From the NCBI GenBank assembly GCA_046724795.1, contig JBKOXF010000102.1, positions 1 to 35,155 of the forward strand: a stretch of 35,155 bases of DNA. The letters are read 5' to 3'. The position numbers and the translations under genes were made by a program. The notes under the pieces are model-generated. The model saw only the letters and a program-made list of their open reading frames with translations. It was not told the DNA's origin and did not search any database. Every line of letters begins with the position of its first letter. The first letter of the stretch is position 1. Below are positions 24,700 through 32,946 of the stretch, in pieces. The stretch comes from Actinomycetota bacterium. Lineage in GTDB: Bacteria > Actinomycetota > UBA4738 > JACQTL01.

Positions 24700-26328
24700 T
24701 CACTCGGAGGCTCCCGCCACGGGCGCCGGGAGGGCGGTGGGTACGGGATCCGCTGCCACGCCGCTGCGCAGCCCGATCCCCCGCAGGTTCGACAGCTTCG
24801 GACTTCGCGCGATCAGGAACACTGTGGGCCGCTTGAAGAAGTACACGACGAACAGGTCCAGAGCGGTGCAGAACCCCAGGGTGAGGGCGAACCCGCGGAC
24901 CGAGCCCACGGACACCACGTACAGCACCGCGGCACCGATCGCGGTGACGATGTCGGCCGCGACGATCGTCCGCCACGATCGCTTGAACGCGGGCTGCACC
25001 GCGGTGCGCAAGGTCTTCCCGTTGCGGACCTCGTCCTTCAGCCGCTCGTAGAACACGATGTAGGAGTCGGCGGTGATGCCCATCGACACGATGATCCCGG
25101 CGATGCCGGCGAGGCTGAGGCGGTAGGAGATGCCCCGGCCCAGCACCGCCACGAACCCCAGGGCGAAGATGGCCCAGATGGCCATCCCGAACCACGTGAC
25201 CACCCCGAGCAGGCGGTAGTAAAAGGCCAGGTACAGCATCAGCAGGGCCAAGCCGACCAGCCCGGCGATGAGGCCCTGGTGCAGGGATTGCTTCCCCAGA
25301 GTCGGTGACACCGTCTCCACGTTGAGTCGCTTGAGGTCGACGGGCAGCGCGCCCTGGTTCAGGACGAGCGCGAGGTCCTTCGCGTCGGACTCGCTGAAAC
25401 TGCCCGTGATCTGGCCGTGTCCGCCCGTGATGGCGGATTGGATGACCGGCGCCGACACGACCTCCCGGTCGAGGATGATCGCGAGCTTCTGGCCCACCAG
25501 GCGCGAGGTGACGTCGGCGAACGTCGACGTACCGGATTTCGTGAGGTCGAAGTTGATCAGCCACCCCGCCGGGGTTCCCTGTTGAGGCTGGGTGTTGTAC
25601 ACGGCTGTCGCCCTGGCGATGGCGTCCCCTGTGATGAGCACAGGACCGAGCTTGTTGCGGGGGCACGCGGCAAAGGTCGTGCACGACACCTGCGTGAGGG
25701 GGTTGCCCAGATACACGACGTCCTTCTTAGTGAGGCTCGCTTGGGAGCAGGGTCCCGTCGTCGCGTCAACCTGGGCCAGCGGACAATCAACCGTCTTGGT
25801 CGTGTTGCAACTCGGGTCCTTCGCCAGCGAAGACGGGCACGCCGTGACCTTGTCCGCCGGCGTCGCGTTTCCGGTGACCTGCCGCTCCTCCAGCCTGGCG
25901 GTCTGACCGATGATCGCCAGGAGCCTGGACTGACCCTCCTGCTGGATCGCCGACTCGGCCGCCGCCTTCGAGTCGAAGTCGCAGCCGAGGTTCTTGTTGT
26001 CGCTTGTGATCGCGCAGAACTTCCCGTTCTTCATCGGAGTCGTGCCGTGGCCGAGACCCGGGACCTCCACCTGGATGTCCTTCGACCCGAGGCGCCCGAT
26101 GAGGGCCTCGCCCACGCCGAGCGCGTCCACGCGGTCGCGGATGTTGTTCACCGTGCGGTCCATCACGTCGGCCTTCGTGCCGGAAGGAGCTTCCAGCACC
26201 ACGGAGACACCGCCGACGAGGTCGAGGCCCTGCTGCGGCACGATCCCCATCACGAACGCGGTGATGGTGAGGCCCACGAGCACGACGACCATGCCGATGG
26301 AGAGTCCGAGTTTGGTGGTCTGCTTCAC
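24700..26328 (-). CDS. secD: Protein translocase subunit SecD
   Basis: GLDLVGG, RVDALGVGE, AIILD..VVSAP, ITGSF, GALP, VSPTLG, GITADSYIVFYERLKDE and VRGFALTL motifs. Confidence 0.95.
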   Translation of the reverse strand: MKQTTKLGLSIGMVVVLVGLTITAFVMGIVPQQGLDLVGGVSVVLEAPSGTKADVMDRTVNNIRDRVDALGVGEALIGRLGSKDIQVEVPGLGHGTTPMKNGKFCAITSDNKNLGCDFDSKAAAESAIQQEGQSRLLAIIGQTARLEERQVTGNATPADKVTACPSSLAKDPSCNTTKTVDCPLAQVDATTGPCSQASLTKKDVVYLGNPLTQVSCTTFAACPRNKLGPVLITGDAIARATAVYNTQPQQGTPAGWLINFDLTKSGTSTFADVTSRLVGQKLAIILDREVVSAPVIQSAITGGHGQITGSFSESDAKDLALVLNQGALPVDLKRLNVETVSPTLGKQSLHQGLIAGLVGLALLMLYLAFYYRLLGVVTWFGMAIWAIFALGFVAVLGRGISYRLSLAGIAGIIVSMGITADSYIVFYERLKDEVRNGKTLRTAVQPAFKRSWRTIVAADIVTAIGAAVLYVVSVGSVRGFALTLGFCTALDLFVVYFFKRPTVFLIARSPKLSNLRGIGLRSGVAADPVPTALPAPVAGASE

Positions 26329-26353
26329 GTGCGTCCGATCCCTCTGGTCCTGG

Positions 26354-26740
26354 CTACGACGTCTCGCCCGGCTCCTCGTCCGGGACGGTGGTGTCCGCGA
26401 TGTCGTCCGCGTATGCCTTCCGCAGGATCGCCGACTTCAGCATCCGGATGTTCGTTCCGGGTGCCACCTCCACCGTGACGGACTCGTCGTCCTGTGCGCG
26501 GATCGTGCCGAACATCCCCCCGACCGTCACGACATCGTCCCCGACACCCAGGCTCTCGACGAGGTCGCGCTGCGCCATGGCCCGGCGGCGCTGGGGCCGG
26601 ATCAACAGGAAGTAGAAGATCACGACCATCAGGCCGAGCGAGATCAGCAGGGCCGTCGATGAACCGGAACTACTGCTGCTTGCTGCGATCAGGGCGTCCG
26701 TGGGGGCCTCCTTCGGCGATTGAGCATACAGGCTGAACAC
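26354..26740 (-). CDS. yajC: Preprotein translocase subunit YajC
   Basis: FYFLLIRPQRRR, LGVGDDVVTVGGMFGTI and VEVAPG motifs. The start is uncertain. Confidence 0.93.
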   Translation of the reverse strand: MFSLYAQSPKEAPTDALIAASSSSSGSSTALLISLGLMVVIFYFLLIRPQRRRAMAQRDLVESLGVGDDVVTVGGMFGTIRAQDDESVTVEVAPGTNIRMLKSAILRKAYADDIADTTVPDEEPGETS

Positions 26741-26769
26741 TGGTTGAGCAGCAGAAGAAGCGGGTGCTC

Positions 26770-27795
26770 TCAGGAGAGCGGCAAGGCACCCTCGGGGGTC
26801 AATCCGAGGTGGCGGCAGGCCTCGTCGGTGGCCACGCGGCCCCGCGGGGTTCGCCTGAGGAATCCCAGCTGGAGCAGGTACGGCTCGTAGACATCCTCGA
26901 TGGTCTCGGTCTCCTCGCCGACGCTCGCCGCGAGCGTGGACAGCCCCACCGGTCCCCCACCGAACTTCGTCACCAGCGTGGAGAGGATGGCTACGTCAAC
27001 CTTGTCGAGGCCCCGGGAGTCCACCTCGAACACCTCCAGGCCCCCTCGAGCCACGTCGCCGGTGATACGGCCGTCGCCGCGGACCTCGGCGAAGTCTCGG
27101 ACTCTCCGGAGCAGGCGGTTGGCTACGCGCGGCGTCCCTCGGGACCGGCCGGCGATCTCCTCCGCGCCGCCCGACTCCACCGAGACCCCGAGGATCCCTG
27201 CCGAGCGCGCGACGATGCGGACGAGGTCCGGGGTGTCGTAGTAGTCGAGCCTGGGGGAGAACCCGAACCGCTCCCGCAGCGGCAGCGTCATGAGACCGGG
27301 GCGGGTGGTGGCGCCGACCAGGGTGAACCGCGGGAGATCCAGGCGGATGCTGCGGGCGCTCGGCCCCTTGCCGATGACCACGTCGAGCTTGAAGTCCTCG
27401 AGCGCCGCGTACAGCAACTCCTCCACGGGCCGGGGCAGCCGATGGATCTCGTCCACGAAAAGGACTTCGCCCTCCTCGAGGTTCGTGAGGATCGCGGCGA
27501 GGTCGCCTGCCCGCTCCAACGCGGGACCGGAGGTTGGTCGGAAGCCCACGTCCATCGCGTGGGCCACGATCCCTGCGAGGGTGGTCTTCCCGAGCCCGGG
27601 CGGCCCGGAGAACAGTAGGTGATCGACCACGTCGCCGCGGGCCCGAGCGCCCTCTACGAGCAGGCCGAGCTGCTCCTTGATGCGCTCCTGCCCCACGAAC
27701 TCAGCGAGGGACCGGGGGCGGAGCGTCGCATCGAAGTCGGTGTCTTCGATGCGAAGCACTCCGCCCACCATCCGGTCCACGCTCTCGACGTCCAT
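26770..27795 (-). CDS. ruvB: Holliday junction branch migration ATPase RuvB
   Basis: [56 protein letters not shown] and RTPRGR motifs. Confidence 0.98.
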   Translation of the reverse strand: MDVESVDRMVGGVLRIEDTDFDATLRPRSLAEFVGQERIKEQLGLLVEGARARGDVVDHLLFSGPPGLGKTTLAGIVAHAMDVGFRPTSGPALERAGDLAAILTNLEEGEVLFVDEIHRLPRPVEELLYAALEDFKLDVVIGKGPSARSIRLDLPRFTLVGATTRPGLMTLPLRERFGFSPRLDYYDTPDLVRIVARSAGILGVSVESGGAEEIAGRSRGTPRVANRLLRRVRDFAEVRGDGRITGDVARGGLEVFEVDSRGLDKVDVAILSTLVTKFGGGPVGLSTLAASVGEETETIEDVYEPYLLQLGFLRRTPRGRVATDEACRHLGLTPEGALPLS

Positions 27796-27797
27796 CG

Positions 27798-28364
27798 TTA
27801 CCTCCCCACCGCTTGGAGGGCCTCGCGCAACAGATCCTCCACCGGCTTGTCCCCGTTCGGGGCGAGCGCCTCCAGCGCGTCTCGTGCCTCCTGTGCTGAG
27901 AGCCCGAGCGCGAGGAGCGCGTCGCGGACCTCCGCGAGCGGCCCGACAGGCTCGAGCCCCCCGGCGCCCAGCTTGTCCTTGAGCTCCATGACCACGCGAG
28001 TGGCGACCTTCTTCCCCACCCCGGGAACGATGGTGAGCGCGGCCTCGTCGCCGGTTGCCACGGCCCGCCGGACCGCGTCGGGCGACAGCACGGAGAGGAA
28101 CGCCAGCGCGACCTTGGGGCCCACGCCGTTCACCGTGACGAGGAGGTCGAAGACGCTGCGGGCATCCGCCGACGAGAACCCGTACAGGACGAGCGCGTCG
28201 TCGCGGACCTGGAGCCGGGTGAACACGCGGGCCGGCTTGCCGACCGACGGGAGCGACGCGACCGTCGTGGCCGGCACGAGCACCTCGTACCCGGTGCCGT
28301 GGACGGAGATCGTCACGCGATCGCCGGCCTTCTCGATGAGTTCGCCCTCGAGGAACGAGATCAC
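27798..28364 (-). CDS. ruvA: Holliday junction branch migration protein RuvA
   Basis: [18 protein letters not shown], the HhH motifs VNGVGPK and VPGVGKK, and domain III ALLALG. The start is the GTG at 28364 (GTGA overlap with ruvC). Confidence 0.96.
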   Translation of the reverse strand: MISFLEGELIEKAGDRVTISVHGTGYEVLVPATTVASLPSVGKPARVFTRLQVRDDALVLYGFSSADARSVFDLLVTVNGVGPKVALAFLSVLSPDAVRRAVATGDEAALTIVPGVGKKVATRVVMELKDKLGAGGLEPVGPLAEVRDALLALGLSAQEARDALEALAPNGDKPVEDLLREALQAVGR

Positions 28365-28864
28365 GCGCGGACGGCCTCCCGGAGCCGGGACTGTTGTAGG
28401 TGACAGAACGCGACGGCCACGGCGTCGACGGCGTTCGGTTCCTCCGGGACGCCGGTCAGGCCCTGTGTGCGAACGAGGGACCGCCGCACGGCGTCCTTCG
28501 GCGCGTTCCCCACTCCCACCACGGCCATCTTCACCTCCAGGGGCGCGTACTCCTCGGCGGCGATCCCCGCTTGCGCTGCGGCCAGCAAGACCACGCCCGT
28601 GGCCCGGGCGACGCTCATAGCGCTGCCCACGTTCCGGCCCCACATGACCCGTTCCACAGCGAGCGTCCCGACGCCCTGCTCACGGATGGCCCCTGCCACG
28701 GCCTCGTGGAGGAGCCGCAACCGAGCCGGCTCCGCCAGGCCAGCCGGTGTCCGCACCGTGTCTGCCCACACGATCTCTGAGGCTGATGCCGACCGAGCCA
28801 GCACCGCGAGCCCGGTTGAAGCCAGACCGGGGTCCACGCCCAGGACCCGGGTGTCATCGAACAC
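28361..28864 (-). CDS. ruvC: Crossover junction endodeoxyribonuclease RuvC
   Basis: [30 protein letters not shown] and [12 protein letters not shown] motifs. Confidence 0.95.
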   Translation of the reverse strand: MFDDTRVLGVDPGLASTGLAVLARSASASEIVWADTVRTPAGLAEPARLRLLHEAVAGAIREQGVGTLAVERVMWGRNVGSAMSVARATGVVLLAAAQAGIAAEEYAPLEVKMAVVGVGNAPKDAVRRSLVRTQGLTGVPEEPNAVDAVAVAFCHLQQSRLREAVRA

Positions 28865-28872
28865 TTGTTCAT
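28857..28872. promoter_or_regulatory. LexA (SOS) box overlapping the ruvC start codon and -10 element
   Basis: TCGAAC-ACTT-GTTCAT matches the Gram-positive/actinobacterial CGAAC-N4-GTTCG consensus. A TAGGAT -10 at 28871-28876 lies 6 nt before the GTG. Confidence 0.8.
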
Positions 28873-28915
28873 CCTAGGGTCGACCCTACCGCCGGGCAAC
28901 GACATTTGTTGAACA

Positions 28916-28958
28916 TTGGGGAGAGGGCCAGCCCCCTCCCCAACCCCACCCCCGGCGT
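28916..28958 (-). repeat. Dispersed G-rich REP-like element, copy 2
   Basis: The minus strand reads ACGCCGGGGGTGGGGTTGGGGAGGGGGCTGGCCCTCTCCCCAA, matching 14753-14793. Confidence 0.8.
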
Positions 28959-28989
28959 GTGGTCTCCGGACCCCGGACTGACCTCTGGC

Positions 28990-29739
28990 TCAGCCGACTT
29001 CGGCGAGGACCTCTTCAGGGATGTCGAAGTTCGCGTAGACGTTCTGGACGTCGTCGTTGTCCTCGAGCGCGTCCACCAGCGACAGCACCTGCCGGGCATG
29101 TTGGCCCTCGACCGGCACGGTGACGCTTGGCTGCATCGTGATCTCCGCGGAGACCACCTTCACACCCGACTCCTTGAGCGAGTCCGCGACCACTTTGAAA
29201 CCGGAGGGCTCCGTGACGATCTCCCAGTGGCTCTCTTGGTCGAACAGGTCGTCGGCTCCGGCCTCGAGCGCGATCTCGAGCAACCGGTCCTCCTCCGGTG
29301 TGGAGTCCTTCTCCAGAAGGATCACGCCCTTCCGCTGGAACATCCACGCCACGCTGCCGGGATCGCCCATGGAGCCGCCCAGCCTGGAGAGCGCGTGACG
29401 GATCTCCTGCCCGGTGCGGTTGCGGTTGTCGGTAAGGGCCTCGATTAGCAGCGCCACCCCGCCGGGGGCGTAGCCCTCGTACGTGACCTCCTCGAACCGC
29501 GCGCCCTCGAGCTCCCCCGCCCCGCGCTTGATGGCTCGATCGATGTTGTCGCCCGGAACCGACGCCTCTCGCGCCTTCTCGACGGCCGACGCCAACGTCA
29601 TGTTCCCCTCGATGTTGCCGCCGCCTTCCCGCGCCGCGACCTCGATGGCGCGCAGGAGCTTGGCGAACATCTTGGAGCGCTTCTGGTCGGTGGCTTCCTT
29701 CTTGCGCTTGATCGTCGACCACTTGGAATGGCCGGACAT
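28990..29739 (-). CDS. yebC: YebC/PmpR family protein
   Basis: MSGHSKWSTIKRKK, YEGYAPGG, TDNRNRT and LEDNDDVQNVYAN motifs. It has the conserved position upstream of ruvC. Confidence 0.96.
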   Translation of the reverse strand: MSGHSKWSTIKRKKEATDQKRSKMFAKLLRAIEVAAREGGGNIEGNMTLASAVEKAREASVPGDNIDRAIKRGAGELEGARFEEVTYEGYAPGGVALLIEALTDNRNRTGQEIRHALSRLGGSMGDPGSVAWMFQRKGVILLEKDSTPEEDRLLEIALEAGADDLFDQESHWEIVTEPSGFKVVADSLKESGVKVVSAEITMQPSVTVPVEGQHARQVLSLVDALEDNDDVQNVYANFDIPEEVLAEVG

Positions 29740-30300
29740 CTATCCGCCCGCCTTCCGAAGGAGGTACTCGTGCAGTCGCCCGTCGCGCGCGAGCTCGGGG
29801 TGGAAGGTGCACACGACCAAGTTCTCCTGCTCCAAGACCACCGGACGGCCGTCGTGCTCTGCGAGGACGCGGACGCCCTCGCCGACGTCGTCGACCCACG
29901 GCGCTCGGATGAAGATCCCCCGGACCGGTCCGAGCCCCTCGACCTCGACGTCCGTCTCGAACGAGTCCACCTGCCGGCCGTAGGCGTTGCGTCGGACGGT
30001 GAGGTCCACCAATGAGAGCAGCGGCTTGCCCCCCTCGACGCGTTCGGCCATCACGATCATGCCCGCGCAGGTTCCGAGCATCGGCATCCCCGCAGCGACG
30101 CGCTCCCGGATCGGATCGACCAAGCCGTACAGCCGGGCCAGTTTCCCGATGGCGGTCGACTCCCCGCCCGGGATCACGAGCGCATCGATCTCGGCGAGGT
30201 GCTCGGGGGTCCGGACCTCCAACGGTGTCGCGCCGAGGTCGGCGAGCACGAACCCGTGCTCCCGGAAATCACCTTGCAGCGCCAGCACCCCGACCTTCAT
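29740..30300 (-). CDS. pdxT: Pyridoxal 5'-phosphate synthase glutaminase subunit PdxT
   Basis: GVLALQGDF, PGGEST, GTCAG, RNAYGRQVDSFE, FIRAP and FHPEL motifs. Confidence 0.97.
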   Translation of the reverse strand: MKVGVLALQGDFREHGFVLADLGATPLEVRTPEHLAEIDALVIPGGESTAIGKLARLYGLVDPIRERVAAGMPMLGTCAGMIVMAERVEGGKPLLSLVDLTVRRNAYGRQVDSFETDVEVEGLGPVRGIFIRAPWVDDVGEGVRVLAEHDGRPVVLEQENLVVCTFHPELARDGRLHEYLLRKAGG

Positions 30301-30366
30301 GACCGCTCAATGATAGGAGCGTGGCGGGGGATGGTCCCCGGGTCGCGCCCCTGGCAGGATTGCGCC

Positions 30367-32007
30367 GTGGCCACGCCAGACACGCTGGAGGCCGGTTGGG
30401 CCGCCCTTGCCGCCGGTCAGTGGGAGCCGGCCAGGGACGCCTTTCGTGATACGCGCGAGCCGGCCGCGCTCGACGGGCTGGGCCGGGCGCTCTGGTGGCT
30501 GTCGGATGTGGAAGGTGCCATCGACGCATGGGAGCGGGCCTACGCGGAGTACCGGCAGGCCGGCGACGACGAGGCGGCCGCGCGGATGGCGCTGCTGGTC
30601 TCCCGCGAGTACAGGGAGGCTCGAGGGAACTCAGCCGCGGCCGTCGGATGGATGCACCGGGCGGCCGAGATCCTGCCTGACGCGCCGGCCTCGACGGCCC
30701 ACGGCTGGCTCCGGCTGGTTGAGGCCGATGCAACCCCCGATCCGGCAGCCTCGATGGCGCTGGCCGCGGAGGCGCTCGACATCGCTCGCACATCTCGTGA
30801 CCCGGACCTGGAGCTGACCGCGTTGGGCCAGCTTGGCCTCGCGCGCATCACGACCGGCGACGTCGAGCGGGGCATGGCTGCGTTCGACGAAGCCATGGCG
30901 GCGGCCACCGGCGGCGAGGCCGCGGACCTCAGGACCCTCGGTGACCTGTACTGCTCGCTGACGGTGGCCGCGGAGCTCACGCTCGACATGGAGCGGTTCG
31001 AGCAGTGGAACGAAGTCGTGATGGGTTTCATGCAGCGCCACAACCACCCGGCGCTGCTCACGTTCTGCGGCACGTGCTGCGCCGAGGCGGAGGCGGCCGG
31101 AGGGAACTGGCAAGAGAGCGAGCGGTGGCTCACGGAAACGCTGAACGCACTGCAGTCCTCTGGCCAGCGGGCGCGATGCGTGCACCCCGCGACGAGGCTG
31201 GCGTCGATGCGGGTCCTCCAGGGCAGGCTCGAGGAGGCGGAGCGGTTGCTCGAGGGCTACGAGGACCTCCCGGAGGCGGTCCAGCCGCTCGTGGCCCTCT
31301 ATCTTGCTCGGGGTCAGACCGCGCTCGCGGCGGCGAGGCTCCTGCGACGGCTGAACGAGATCGGCCGCGAGTCCTTGTTGTCCGTTCCGCTTCTCGTGCA
31401 ACTCGTCGACGTCCAACTCGTGCAGGGTGATCGATCGGCAGCAGCTTCCACCGCCGGATCTCTACGGGGGATCGCCGAACGAACGGGCGGGGATCGGGTG
31501 CTGGCGGAGGCCGATCTCGCGGAGGGGCTCGTGCTCGGCGCCAGCAGGGATGAGAGGGCGATCGAGCCCCTGGAACGGGCGCTCGGGCGATTCACCCGCC
31601 TGAACACGCCGTTCGGCCAGGCCCGCGCGCACCTTGCGCTGGCGAAATCGACGGCAGCGCGTGACCCCGAACGAGCCGTGGAAGAGGCCAGGCAAGCACT
31701 GATGGTGTTCGAACGCCTCGGCGCCACTCGGCCGGCCGACACCGCAGCGGCGCTCCTCCGCGAACTCGGTGCGGCCGGACGCACGGGCCCCAAGGGCCTC
31801 GGGCTGCTCACCAAGCGGGAGCTGGAGACCCTTCGCCTCGTCGCCGAGGGGCTCACGAACGCCGAGATCGCCGCTCGCCTGTACATCAGCACGAAGACGG
31901 CCGGCCACCACGTCAGCAATATCCTGATGAAGCTCGGCCTGCGCAGCCGCACCGAGGCTGCCGCGTACGCCCGCCGCTACCTTGAGGACGAAACCGTCCC
32001 GAAATAG
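30367..32007 (+). CDS. LuxR-family transcriptional regulator with a TPR-like helical sensor region and a C-terminal HTH
   Basis: C-terminal LTKRELETLRLVAEGLTNAEIAARLYISTKTAGHHVSNILMKLG. The N-terminal region has Ala-rich helical repeats and no Walker A. The likely start is the GTG at 30367, 6 nt after CAGGAT. Confidence 0.88.
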   Translation: MATPDTLEAGWAALAAGQWEPARDAFRDTREPAALDGLGRALWWLSDVEGAIDAWERAYAEYRQAGDDEAAARMALLVSREYREARGNSAAAVGWMHRAAEILPDAPASTAHGWLRLVEADATPDPAASMALAAEALDIARTSRDPDLELTALGQLGLARITTGDVERGMAAFDEAMAAATGGEAADLRTLGDLYCSLTVAAELTLDMERFEQWNEVVMGFMQRHNHPALLTFCGTCCAEAEAAGGNWQESERWLTETLNALQSSGQRARCVHPATRLASMRVLQGRLEEAERLLEGYEDLPEAVQPLVALYLARGQTALAAARLLRRLNEIGRESLLSVPLLVQLVDVQLVQGDRSAAASTAGSLRGIAERTGGDRVLAEADLAEGLVLGASRDERAIEPLERALGRFTRLNTPFGQARAHLALAKSTAARDPERAVEEARQALMVFERLGATRPADTAAALLRELGAAGRTGPKGLGLLTKRELETLRLVAEGLTNAEIAARLYISTKTAGHHVSNILMKLGLRSRTEAAAYARRYLEDETVPK

Positions 32008-32021
32008 GGAACGTTCCCGAT
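32004..32021. promoter_or_regulatory. Palindromic candidate operator for the LuxR regulator
   Basis: ATAGGGAACGTTCCCGAT, with a perfect 12-bp core GGGAACGTTCCC, overlaps the regulator's stop. It lies upstream of a CATCCT -10 (32043-32048) of the SRPBCC gene. Confidence 0.55.
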
Positions 32022-32076
32022 CCTTCTCCGTCCCTCCCCCTTCATCCTGCTTCCCATGGAGCGAAAGGAGGAAGGG

Positions 32077-32622
32077 ATGAGCGAGCGAACACTCCGGGCG
32101 CCGGAGGACGCCGCGATCTTCGAGTCGACGGTCTCGGTTTCCTGCCCGGCTCCGGCGGAGGTCGTCTACGACCTGATCGCAGACCTCTCCACCCATCTCG
32201 AGTGGAACGGCCGGCGACAGCCCCGGAAGACGCGCCTGGAAACGCTGGTCGCGCCTTCGGGCCCGGCAACGGTCGGGACCGAGTTCACAAGCACCGGCAC
32301 GGACCACTCGGCCCGGTTCGCCGACCGCTCCGTCGTCACGGAGGCTGACAGACCGGCCGTCTTCGAGTTCGTCACGGAGGCCCGGCGGTCGCCGAAGCGC
32401 GGCACGACGACGGAGATGACGAACGTGAACCGATACGAGATCGAGGCGGAGGGCTCAGGCTGCCGGGTGACCTACCGCAGCCGCATCGTGCGCATCATGA
32501 ACATGCCATTCATCGGTCGCTTCCCACTGACCCGGAAGCTCGTGCTGGCGGAGGGGAAGAAGCAGATCCGTTCGACGCTCCGGAACCTCTCGAGCGTCGC
32601 CCAGGAGAAGGGAGGATCGTGA
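32077..32622 (+). CDS. SRPBCC (polyketide cyclase/START-like) family protein
   Basis: VSVSCPAPAEVVYDLIADLSTHLEW, VGTEF, VTEADRPAVFEF, YEIEAEGSGCRVTY and a C-terminal helix. The ATG at 32077 has an AAGGAGG RBS; 32056 is an alternative start. Confidence 0.85.
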   Translation: MSERTLRAPEDAAIFESTVSVSCPAPAEVVYDLIADLSTHLEWNGRRQPRKTRLETLVAPSGPATVGTEFTSTGTDHSARFADRSVVTEADRPAVFEFVTEARRSPKRGTTTEMTNVNRYEIEAEGSGCRVTYRSRIVRIMNMPFIGRFPLTRKLVLAEGKKQIRSTLRNLSSVAQEKGGS

Positions 32623-32888
32623 TGAGGCGACGGGTGAGCGCGCTGTTCGCAGCGGTGGCCGCGACGATCGTGTTCGGCACGGCGGCGCCCGCGTCGGCGG
32701 GGACCCAGAGCCCCCGGGCCGGATGCGTCGGGATCGTCACGAGCTGGGAAGCAACTGAGCTGCCGGCCGGATCCGTGGGAGGCGAGGTCTCGGAGCTCGC
32801 GGGTCGCGGGTTCGGAGCCGGATTCGTGGCTCCGCTGGCCAAGTACCACCTCGGTTCGCTGGACGGATGCGCCACCGTGGTGGGGTAA
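32619..32888 (+). CDS. Small secreted protein with one Cys pair
   Basis: Signal peptide MRRRVSALFAAVAATIVFGTAAPASA, a GGAGG RBS and translational coupling to the SRPBCC gene. The ~60-aa mature part has two Cys. Confidence 0.7.
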   Translation: MMRRRVSALFAAVAATIVFGTAAPASAGTQSPRAGCVGIVTSWEATELPAGSVGGEVSELAGRGFGAGFVAPLAKYHLGSLDGCATVVG

Positions 32889-32910
32889 CCACACCGTCGA
32901 GCGAGAGATC

Positions 32911-32943
32911 CGAAGGAGTCGTCCCGTTCGGACGGCTCCTTCG
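32911..32943. terminator. Hairpin between convergent genes (probable bidirectional terminator)
   Basis: CGAAGGAGTCGTCC-CGTTC-GGACGGCTCCTTCG forms a 14-bp stem with one G-U pair on the + strand. Confidence 0.75.
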
Positions 32944-32946
32944 CTG

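Noticed and set aside
28899-28913. Second SOS-like sequence (ACGACATTTGTTGA) and a possible PafBC/RecA-NDp motif upstream of ruvC
   Set aside because: There are too many mismatches to CGAAC-N4-GTTCG, and no TGTCGG-N10-TANNNT arrangement is present.
30301-32946. LuxR islet as a mobile element
   Set aside because: There is no transposase or integrase, no terminal inverted repeats, no target-site duplication and no obvious GC shift.
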